A model generated the notes under the pieces. The model was not told the DNA's origin, searched no databases, and saw only the letters and a program-made list of their open reading frames with translations. A program made the translations under genes and the position numbers. A stretch of 50,535 bases of DNA, taken from positions 1 to 50,535 of IMG/VR virus record IMGVR_UViG_3300030099_002195. One strand, written 5' to 3'. This document shows positions 38,731 through 46,335 of this stretch, piece by piece (the first letter of the stretch is position 1; every line of letters begins with the position of its first letter). The DNA is from a virus (lineage: Duplodnaviria; Caudoviricetes).

Positions 38731-39403
38731 AAAGCGTTGGTATGACGGCCTACATGATATCTACGAAGACAAGAACGAATTTGAAATAAAGTTCGGCTGC
38801 TTTGGCGGTGATGGTGGTGGTAAGGGCGGCGGTAGTAAAAATCCTGCGCCTCCGTCCGATCCTGCACCAACACCCGGTCCAGACGATGGCTTCCGCGGTG
38901 AACAAAGCGCCGCTCGTTCTTCTGTGGCAGATACAGCCGCTGCGGCAGCCGCCGCCGGATTAGGCACAGGATACGGCACAGGAAAAACTGACACATCTGC
39001 CAAAGGTGGAAACTTGGACACGTCTATGGAAAATATGTCTATGGATGAGGCGCTTGGTTTAAAAACTAATTTAAGCACCCCCGTAAGTCTCACAACGCCC
39101 ACTGTTGCACCTACAGCTAAAACTCTGGCAGATATGTACGCAGATGCACAGGCTAAAGCCAAGTCTCTTTCAACGCCTACTAATCAAAAGAGTCAAGCAC
39201 AAAAAAATTTAGAAGATAGTTTAAATCAAGGCATACTAGGAGCTCAATATTCTAGTCCTACGACGGTTGGTTTTCAGGGTTTTAGCCCTTTCAACCCAGC
39301 TAGTAAGGGCCTTGGACTTGGTGTACAAGCTAACTTTAAGTATGCCAAGGGCGGCGTAGTGCACCAAGGTATAGGCAGTATATTCCCGTACCCTCGCCGC
39401 TAA
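38723..39403 (+). CDS. Low-complexity hypothetical protein, candidate acylation substrate
   Basis: GTG start with GGAGG SD overlapping acyltransferase stop; FGCFGGDGGGKGGG; C-terminal YAKGGVVHQGIGSIF. Confidence 0.65.
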   Translation: MYKKRWYDGLHDIYEDKNEFEIKFGCFGGDGGGKGGGSKNPAPPSDPAPTPGPDDGFRGEQSAARSSVADTAAAAAAAGLGTGYGTGKTDTSAKGGNLDTSMENMSMDEALGLKTNLSTPVSLTTPTVAPTAKTLADMYADAQAKAKSLSTPTNQKSQAQKNLEDSLNQGILGAQYSSPTTVGFQGFSPFNPASKGLGLGVQANFKYAKGGVVHQGIGSIFPYPRR

Positions 39404-40851
39404 ACCAACCACTCTCTAGCCTGCTCTCCAAGCACTTGACCGGCAAGATTTATTTTGTTGCGTAGGGTCTTCAGGATCTTTTCGTCAATAGTGCGCGGCG
39501 ATACCAAGTCGATGTATGTCACTTTATTGATTTGGCCTATACGGTGTGCTCTGTCTTCAGACTGCAACCGTATTTCCAAATCATAGCTATTTGAGTAATA
39601 TATCATTGTGTTAGCCGCGGTCAGCGTGATCCCGTAGCCACCTGTCCGCGGCTGACCGACAAAGAAACGAAGCGGGTTATCTTTGTTCTGAAAGCGGTTG
39701 ACCGTTTCTTGACGCTCATCCTGCGGGGTTTCGCCATAATAGGTTGCCACCGCTTCGGGCCCAAAGCGGTGGCGCAGGGCCGAAGCTATCTGTTGAATGT
39801 CGTATGTATACGACGCCCAAATGATGGCTTTTCCCTGTAGCTCATCTGTGATCTCCAGTAATTCTTTAAGTCTATTGCTCTCCACCGGCTGTATCTCGCC
39901 CTCATCTGGTTGCAAATGCCCGCAGCATATCTGTTGCAGGCGCATGATCTGTGTCAGCACACTAGCTGTTGTAGCCAGTTCACCGTTCTCCAGCTTGGCC
40001 AGAGCCAGCTTCTTCATCTGCGTATACAAGCTCTTCTGCTCGTCCGTCAGCGCAACGTCACGTCTAATGTACATTTTGTCTGGCAGATCTAAGCAATCTT
40101 CTTTCAAAGTGCGGTTGCTAAACCGGTCTAGCTTCTGGTTCAGTTCATCCAATCTGCGGTATCCGGTGATCTCCTGAAATGCACGAGTGCCCATAGTGCG
40201 CTTCTGCACAATCGCGTACCTGTTCTGAAAGGCAAAGTAACTGTTGAAGTTGAGCGCAGCCGGTGACAAAAACATACACTGACTGAACAAATCCATAGGT
40301 GATTTAGTAACCGGTGACCCTGTAAGGATGCGCTTATACATAGCGTCCTTGGCCAGCATCATCACGTTCTTGGTGCGTGTGGCTTTACGGTTTTTGATAG
40401 TGGTGCTTTCGTCCACAATCATTATGTTACTGGGGTTTCTACGTAAAAAGGCATATGCGGCCTTCGTACCACGCGCAGTAGACAGCGCCTCTATGTTCAT
40501 TACAAAGATCTTCATGCCGTCAAACGGCTCATACACAAGCGCTTTCATCTCGTCTTGAAACTTTTTAGCAGTAGACGGCGTCCACCGCACCACCATGCGC
40601 TCTATCTCATCTGGTAAGTGCGCCGGTATCTCACCCTGAACCCAGTTGTCATAAACGCCTTTTGGTGCCAGTATAAGTGCCGCGTTTATTTTTTTGGCCT
40701 GATACAGCATACCAATAGTGTCGATAGCCACCTTGGATTTACCTGTACCCATTTCCATGAACAGCGCATAGAACTCCTCGGCCCACGAGTCTTCCAAGAC
40801 TTTTCGCTGGTGGTCAAACGGCTCAGTTTTAAATTTATATTCCCGCATCAT
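39400..40851 (-). CDS. SNF2-family (SF2) helicase
   Basis: MEMGTGKS, VDEST, LTGSP, GGYGITLT, QSEDRAHRIGQ. Confidence 0.92.
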   Translation of the reverse strand: MMREYKFKTEPFDHQRKVLEDSWAEEFYALFMEMGTGKSKVAIDTIGMLYQAKKINAALILAPKGVYDNWVQGEIPAHLPDEIERMVVRWTPSTAKKFQDEMKALVYEPFDGMKIFVMNIEALSTARGTKAAYAFLRRNPSNIMIVDESTTIKNRKATRTKNVMMLAKDAMYKRILTGSPVTKSPMDLFSQCMFLSPAALNFNSYFAFQNRYAIVQKRTMGTRAFQEITGYRRLDELNQKLDRFSNRTLKEDCLDLPDKMYIRRDVALTDEQKSLYTQMKKLALAKLENGELATTASVLTQIMRLQQICCGHLQPDEGEIQPVESNRLKELLEITDELQGKAIIWASYTYDIQQIASALRHRFGPEAVATYYGETPQDERQETVNRFQNKDNPLRFFVGQPRTGGYGITLTAANTMIYYSNSYDLEIRLQSEDRAHRIGQINKVTYIDLVSPRTIDEKILKTLRNKINLAGQVLGEQAREWLV

Positions 40852-40859
40852 TTTTCTCC

Positions 40860-40900
40860 TTGACTATGCGCTAATATCAGATTATATGAGTATTTGTCAA
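40860..40900. promoter_or_regulatory. Overlapping face-to-face sigma70-like promoters between divergent genes
   Basis: + strand TTGACT-N17-TATATG (40860-40888); - strand TTGACA at 40900-40895 with weaker -10. Confidence 0.5.
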
Positions 40901-40939
40901 GGCCCGACAGGTGCCTTTAACAACGAACGGAGAAACACG

Positions 40940-41536
40940 ATGAGTGATTTATTCGCAGAAATGGAGGCAGACTTTGAAGCGAGTCTGTCTAATTCAGTAG
41001 AAAAACTGGATCAAGGTGACCTAACAACGGTCGCCGGTATGGCTAAAGCAATCAGGGACAAAGAAGAGCAGGTCAAAGAGCTTGAGGAAAAACTCAAGGC
41101 TGAGAAAAAGTCGTTGCTAAAGATGACTGACGAAGATCTGCCAACGATGCTCACTGAAATCGGACTAACATCCATGACGTTAGATGATGGGTCTATTGTG
41201 ACGGTGAAAGCTACTTACGGTGGAGCAATCACAACAGGTGAAAAAGGCACCGTGGACAATCGTCCCGCTGCTTATCATTGGTTACGGGAGAACGGGCATG
41301 GCGATATCATCAAAAATACGGTTACGTGTAGTTTTGGAGCAGGCGAAGACGAACAAGCGAATGCGTTCAAGGCTATTGCGGAAAAAGAAGGGTATGTCCC
41401 AGAACAAAAAGAAACGGTCCATTCACAGACGCTTCGTGCCTTTGTCAGGGAACGTGTTGAGAATGGTGACGAGTTCCCAATGGAGCTCTTCGGAGCATAT
41501 GTCGGGCAACGCGCAATTATTAAGAGAGGAAAGTAA
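40940..41536 (+). CDS. Conserved replication-module protein
   Basis: WLRENGHGDIIKN, VHSQTLRAFVRE; start at ATG 40940 with GGAG SD. Confidence 0.7.
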   Translation: MSDLFAEMEADFEASLSNSVEKLDQGDLTTVAGMAKAIRDKEEQVKELEEKLKAEKKSLLKMTDEDLPTMLTEIGLTSMTLDDGSIVTVKATYGGAITTGEKGTVDNRPAAYHWLRENGHGDIIKNTVTCSFGAGEDEQANAFKAIAEKEGYVPEQKETVHSQTLRAFVRERVENGDEFPMELFGAYVGQRAIIKRGK

Positions 41537-41537
41537 A

Positions 41538-42329
41538 ATGGCCGAAAAGAAAAATGATGTGGTTGAGAAAGAGACGGCTGAGATTATCCAGTTTGATCCT
41601 TCTATGTTTGAAGCCGACGCAGGAGTTGGTCTTGAGAATATGAGCCAAGAGGATCTTGCGTTACCTTTTCTCAAGATATTGTCAGGCGTAAGTAAAGAAC
41701 TTGATGATCTGGAAGATGCCCGCAAGGGTGATATCTTTAATACCGTCTCAGGAGCCGTATACAAGGGCAAGGACGGCATTAAGGTCATTCCGGTAGCCTA
41801 CCAGCGTCGGTTCATCCAATGGGCCCCACGGGGCGAAGGAACTGGCGCTCCCGTTGCTATCTATTCTCCGGGCGAGACCATGCCCAAAACGGAGCGGTCT
41901 GCTGAAGATAATAAGGAATATGTTCAGGATGGGTCTGGTCAGTATATTGAAGAGACCCACCAGCACTTTGTAATCGTCTTGCATGACGACGGGTCTGCTG
42001 AAACTGCGTTGATAGCAATGAAATCAACGCAGCTTAAAAAATCACGCAAGTGGAACAGCATGATCTCTTCGTTGACCATGCAGGGTAAGAACGGCCCGTT
42101 TACGCCACCACGCTTTAGTCATATCTACCACCTCAAGACCATTTCTGAGGAGAATAGTAAGGGTAGCTGGCATGGCTGGGAGATGAGCCGTGTGGGTCCT
42201 GTCGAAGATAGAGCTATCTACCAACGTGGTAAGGATTTTGCTACGAGCATTACCGCTGGTGATGTGGTGGTAAAGCATCAGGACGATAGCGTCTCCGATA
42301 ACAATCTAAACGACGACGTGCCGTTCTAA
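41538..42329 (+). CDS. Putative ssDNA-binding protein
   Basis: DLALPFLKIL, MKSTQLKKSRKWNS; acidic DDVPF C-terminus typical of SSBs. Confidence 0.65.
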   Translation: MAEKKNDVVEKETAEIIQFDPSMFEADAGVGLENMSQEDLALPFLKILSGVSKELDDLEDARKGDIFNTVSGAVYKGKDGIKVIPVAYQRRFIQWAPRGEGTGAPVAIYSPGETMPKTERSAEDNKEYVQDGSGQYIEETHQHFVIVLHDDGSAETALIAMKSTQLKKSRKWNSMISSLTMQGKNGPFTPPRFSHIYHLKTISEENSKGSWHGWEMSRVGPVEDRAIYQRGKDFATSITAGDVVVKHQDDSVSDNNLNDDVPF

Positions 42330-42334
42330 ACAGT

Positions 42335-42384
42335 TGGGGTGGTAAGGGTGTTGGCTGCTACGCCCTTGCCGCCTCATCTTTTTT
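42335..42384 (+). terminator. Terminator/attenuator hairpin between SSB and primase
   Basis: 17-bp stem 42335-42351 / 42360-42376 with four G-U pairs, then TCTTTTTT. Confidence 0.7.
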
Positions 42385-42397
42385 GCGGGGAACGTAC

Positions 42398-43936
42398 ATG
42401 TCAGTAGATAAGTTTTCATCCATCTTTGATGGCCTGCGTCTTGCGTATGGCACATATAAAGTAGAGAAACAGCAGGCGAACGGTAAGAATACCGGACGTG
42501 CCGCCATCGTGCGCGAACCACGGACCAAGGAACTGTGGGAAGGGCATCTAGCTGGTAAGGGTCGTGGTATTGGTATTATACCGATCAATGAGGACAATAA
42601 GTGTGTCTGGGGTTGTGTTGACGTAGACCAATACCCGTTAGATCACAAAGTACTCGTTGAGAAGATCCGTAAGCTTAAATTACCTCTTGTGGTGTGCCGC
42701 TCCAAGTCTGGCGGCGCACACTGCTTCCTGTTCGCAACAGAATGGGTGGATGCAAAAGATATGCAGTCAACACTGCAACAGGTTTCAGCCGCTTTGGGGT
42801 ACGGCGGCAGTGAAATCTTTCCAAAGCAGGTTAAGTTGCATCTTGACCGCGACGACGTAGGTAACTTTCTGAACCTACCGTATTATGATGCAGAAGACGG
42901 GTTAAGATACGCAATCAAAGACGACGGCACATCTGCTACGCTTGAAGAGTTCTTTGAGCTTTACGAGACGCATAAGCAGACACCAGAACAGGTAATTAAG
43001 CTTCAGATCACGGAAGATCCTGAAACGTCACGTATGAACGACGGGCCGCCGTGCTTACAGTTCTTAATTAAAAACAAAATATCTGAGGGCGGGCGTAACA
43101 ACGGTTTGTTCAATATAGGTGTGTATCTTCGCAAAGCGTATCCTGATAGTTGGGAGTCAGAGATACTTACGTATAATATGCAGTATCTGGAACCGCCGCT
43201 GCCTCTTAACGAGGTGAACATAGTGGCCAAGCAACTTGAGAAGAAGGATTATGCTTATCGTTGTAGTGACGCGCCTATTAACGCGCATTGTAATAAGGAG
43301 CTTTGCCAGACTAGGAAGCATGGCATTAGTGCGGCCATACAAGGCGCGGCCATAGCTAACTTGCGTAAATATGACTCAACTCCACCTGTTTGGTTCGTAG
43401 ATGTAAACGGCGAACCGCTTGAATTAGATACTGACGGGTTAATGAACCAAACGGCTTTTCAAAAAGCCTGTATGGAGCAGCTTAACACAATGCCTCGCAC
43501 AGTCAGTAAACAGGCGTGGGAGACGCGCATAGGTGGGTTGATGCGAGAGATGACCGCTAATGAAAGCGCAATCATCGACGTAGCAGAAGATGCCAGCACA
43601 GACGGTCAGTTCTACGACTATTTAGAGGAGTTCTGCGCTCATTTACAAAACGCAAAGGATAAAGAAGAGATACTTTTAAAACGTCCTTGGACTGACGAAG
43701 AGTCAAACATGACTTACTTTAGAATAAAGGATTTTGAGGCGTTTTTAAAACGTAACAAGTTTTTTGAGTATAAGCCTTATAAGATGGCTCAGAGGCTTCG
43801 CGATTTAGGTGGTGAAAGTGTGGTTCTTAGAATTAAAAACCGCACCATTAGGGTATGGAAAATACCTGCATACGAGTCTGTTGAGGTAGATCTTAAAACG
43901 CCAGACTTTGGCAGGGAAGAGGAGGCCCCGTTCTAA
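42398..43936 (+). CDS. Archaeo-eukaryotic-type primase with PriCT-like domain
   Basis: WGCVDVD (DxD), RSKSGGAH, GNFLNLPY, PPCL, EGGRNNGLF. Confidence 0.8.
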   Translation: MSVDKFSSIFDGLRLAYGTYKVEKQQANGKNTGRAAIVREPRTKELWEGHLAGKGRGIGIIPINEDNKCVWGCVDVDQYPLDHKVLVEKIRKLKLPLVVCRSKSGGAHCFLFATEWVDAKDMQSTLQQVSAALGYGGSEIFPKQVKLHLDRDDVGNFLNLPYYDAEDGLRYAIKDDGTSATLEEFFELYETHKQTPEQVIKLQITEDPETSRMNDGPPCLQFLIKNKISEGGRNNGLFNIGVYLRKAYPDSWESEILTYNMQYLEPPLPLNEVNIVAKQLEKKDYAYRCSDAPINAHCNKELCQTRKHGISAAIQGAAIANLRKYDSTPPVWFVDVNGEPLELDTDGLMNQTAFQKACMEQLNTMPRTVSKQAWETRIGGLMREMTANESAIIDVAEDASTDGQFYDYLEEFCAHLQNAKDKEEILLKRPWTDEESNMTYFRIKDFEAFLKRNKFFEYKPYKMAQRLRDLGGESVVLRIKNRTIRVWKIPAYESVEVDLKTPDFGREEEAPF

Positions 43937-44187
43937 TGTTGAAAGCAGATGGATTTGATGAAGCGTTTATTGGTGTGTGTCACCGGTTTGGTCAGGAGCC
44001 TTTGGTAGCATACGATTACCATAAGTGCATAGCCATACTTTGTGAGCGTGACGGCATGAGTCACGACGAGGCTATAGACTTTTTCTTCGTTAACGTATTG
44101 GGCTCATGGGTAGGTGAACAAACCCCTGTGTTTGTGCACATGATGCAAGACATACAAGACCTGACGGATGAAGAGCATGGATACTAA
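43936..44187 (+). CDS. Hypothetical protein
   Basis: ADGFDEAFIG, GSWVGEQTPVF. Confidence 0.7.
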   Translation: MLKADGFDEAFIGVCHRFGQEPLVAYDYHKCIAILCERDGMSHDEAIDFFFVNVLGSWVGEQTPVFVHMMQDIQDLTDEEHGY

Positions 44188-45724
44188 GATATTCCGCATC
44201 TACGGCCCGCCCGGAACCGGCAAGACCACCGCGCTTTTGAACAAAGTGGATGAGGCTTTGTCGAGCGGAGTTGACCCCACGCACATAGGTTACTTTGCCT
44301 TTACGCGGCAAGCCGCAAACGAAGCCGTCGAGCGGGCCTGTGCGAGGTTTCATCTGGACAAATCGCAACTGCCTTGGTTCAGAACACTGCATAGCTTTGC
44401 CCTGCGCCTGTCCGGCATACGGCAAGAACAGGTTATGCAACCGGAACACTACAAAGAAGTAGGAATTGCACTGGGTTTCAACTTAGACGTAGAGGGCTCC
44501 AACCTGTCCGGTGAAGATGCTTTTGATCTCAATAAAAGCAGTAGCCCAATCGTCAACCTTATGAACCTAGCGCGGTTGCGTAAGGTAGATCTGCGTCAGC
44601 AGTATAACGAAAGCGAGATAGGAGAAAGCTGGAACACGGTAAAGTATGTGGCCACGGCTTTGCAGGAATACAAAAACAGATACCAGCTTTTCGACTTCAC
44701 AGATATGTTAGAGGTCTTTGTCAACGAGAGTGCACAGTTTTGCCCCCGCCTAGCTGTCACTTTCGTTGACGAGGCGCAAGATCTGTCGCCCCTGCAATGG
44801 GACGTGGCTCATGTATTAGAGCAACACTCTGAGAGGATCTATGCTGCCGGTGATGATGACCAAGCCATATACCGTTGGGCCGGTGCAGATGTTGAGCATT
44901 TCATAAATCTCAACGGTGGCTACGAGGTATTGGAACAGTCCTACCGCGTACCGGCCACTGTGCATCCTATGGCAGAGCGTGTGGTCCGTCGCATTAAACG
45001 CCGTGTGCCCAAAAAGTATCTGCCCCGCGAGGACAGAGGCAACGTAGAACATATAGCCCGCGCTGAGATGATTGATTTTTCTGAGGGTTCGTGGCTCGTG
45101 CTGGCACAAGCCGCATACTTCCTGTCGGATATAACCGCGGACCTACGGAGTCGGGGCTATCTTTTCAACTATCGGGGCCGACGTTCAATCTCAGAAAATC
45201 TGAGTGACGCTGTGAATGGCTGGGAGCAGTTGAGAAAAGGTAAACAGGTGACGGGCAAGACCGCACGAACCATTTACAGTTATATGTCCGTGAACAACAG
45301 AGTCAAGCGCGGATTTAAAAAATTACCGGCACTCGACGATGACGACATGGTGACGCTGGATGAACTGATCGCGCACCACGGACTCATAGAAGGCGTGGAT
45401 CTGATTACATCCATACGAGATATGATCTGGCATACAGCGATGGACAAGTTGCCCAGCGCAGACCGTGCCTATATCACCGCGTTGTTACGTCGTGGTGAAA
45501 AGTTCAATGCAGAGCCTCGCATCAATCTGTCCACGATCCACGGATCTAAGGGCGGAGAGGCAGACAATGTGGTTCTGTTTACAGAGATATCACCAGCCGC
45601 ATCAAAGGCCGCGGAACTCGCGCCTGACGATTTGCACCGTGTTTTTTATGTTGGGCTGACACGGACAAAGCAAAACTTGTACTTGGTTGAGCCTGACGAT
45701 GCCACGAGGAGTTATCAGATATGA
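44177..45724 (+). CDS. UvrD/Rep-like SF1 helicase
   Basis: GPPGTGKT, TLHS, DEAQD, GDDDQAIY, QSYR, TIHGSKGGE, YVGLTR. Confidence 0.92.
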   Translation: MDTKIFRIYGPPGTGKTTALLNKVDEALSSGVDPTHIGYFAFTRQAANEAVERACARFHLDKSQLPWFRTLHSFALRLSGIRQEQVMQPEHYKEVGIALGFNLDVEGSNLSGEDAFDLNKSSSPIVNLMNLARLRKVDLRQQYNESEIGESWNTVKYVATALQEYKNRYQLFDFTDMLEVFVNESAQFCPRLAVTFVDEAQDLSPLQWDVAHVLEQHSERIYAAGDDDQAIYRWAGADVEHFINLNGGYEVLEQSYRVPATVHPMAERVVRRIKRRVPKKYLPREDRGNVEHIARAEMIDFSEGSWLVLAQAAYFLSDITADLRSRGYLFNYRGRRSISENLSDAVNGWEQLRKGKQVTGKTARTIYSYMSVNNRVKRGFKKLPALDDDDMVTLDELIAHHGLIEGVDLITSIRDMIWHTAMDKLPSADRAYITALLRRGEKFNAEPRINLSTIHGSKGGEADNVVLFTEISPAASKAAELAPDDLHRVFYVGLTRTKQNLYLVEPDDATRSYQI

Positions 45725-45966
45725 CTGTAAAATCAAAAGACCATTATGACGTAGACCCTAATGATCCTATTCCTTTTCGCATTCTTGCAGAATACAAACT
45801 GAACGAAGTTGGTTGGGATAAACCGCACACTAATTTAGTAGCGAGTCTGCTTCAAAAACTTTACCACACTTGCCCCAGCACAAAAATAGACATAGATGAG
45901 TTTTGGGGTAATTACATCATGCAAGTGGACGAAGAACTTGAAAAGAGAAGAGCGCATGAAGCGTGA
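45721..45966 (+). CDS. Hypothetical protein
   Basis: 81 aa, overlaps both neighbours. Confidence 0.55.
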   Translation: MTVKSKDHYDVDPNDPIPFRILAEYKLNEVGWDKPHTNLVASLLQKLYHTCPSTKIDIDEFWGNYIMQVDEELEKRRAHEA

Positions 45967-46219
45967 AGAAATACTTCGTAAGGCAGAGAGCCTAGTCAAC
46001 GGACCACGGGCCAAAGAGTATGGTGACGCGCATGAAAACCACGCTCGTATTGCACAGATGTGGTCTGTTCTGCTAGATAAACATGTTACTATTCAACAGG
46101 TTTACCAATGTATGGTTGCTGTTAAGCTGGCCCGTCTGGTAGTAACACCGGACCATGAGGACAGTTGGGTAGACATTTGTGGCTATGGAGCGTTAGGTGG
46201 CGAAGAAACGGGTGATTAA
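45956..46219 (+). CDS. DUF6378-like protein
   Basis: R..EYGDA.ENH.RIA.MWS, MVAVKLAR, HEDSWVDICGY. Confidence 0.75.
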   Translation: MKREEILRKAESLVNGPRAKEYGDAHENHARIAQMWSVLLDKHVTIQQVYQCMVAVKLARLVVTPDHEDSWVDICGYGALGGEETGD

Positions 46220-46334
46220 AAAATCAGATAAGCTCATTCGGTTCATCCGTATTGAACAACTGGACCATTACCTTAATCAGGGCTGGAAAGTTCTTCAACA
46301 GGGCGATGAGATCGTAACCATTTACTGGAAATGA
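46197..46334 (+). CDS. Small hypothetical protein (45 aa, not in ORF track)
   Basis: GTG start after GGAG; MAKKRVIKKSDKLIRFIRIEQLDHYLNQGWKVLQQGDEIVTIYWK*. Confidence 0.5.
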   Translation: MAKKRVIKKSDKLIRFIRIEQLDHYLNQGWKVLQQGDEIVTIYWK

Positions 46335-46335
46335 T

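Noticed and set aside
229-39162. Numerous minus-strand and nested ORFs in the ORF track across the structural arm
   Set aside because: They are shadows of well-supported, tightly coupled + strand genes and show no recognisable motifs
38723-39403. RTX toxin as partner of the acyltransferase
   Set aside because: Only one Gly-rich patch, no GGxGxDxL nonapeptide array, too short, and no secretion genes
41220-41537. 5' extension of the SSB-like ORF (369 aa in track)
   Set aside because: Overlaps the upstream gene; the ATG at 41538 has a good SD and follows the upstream stop
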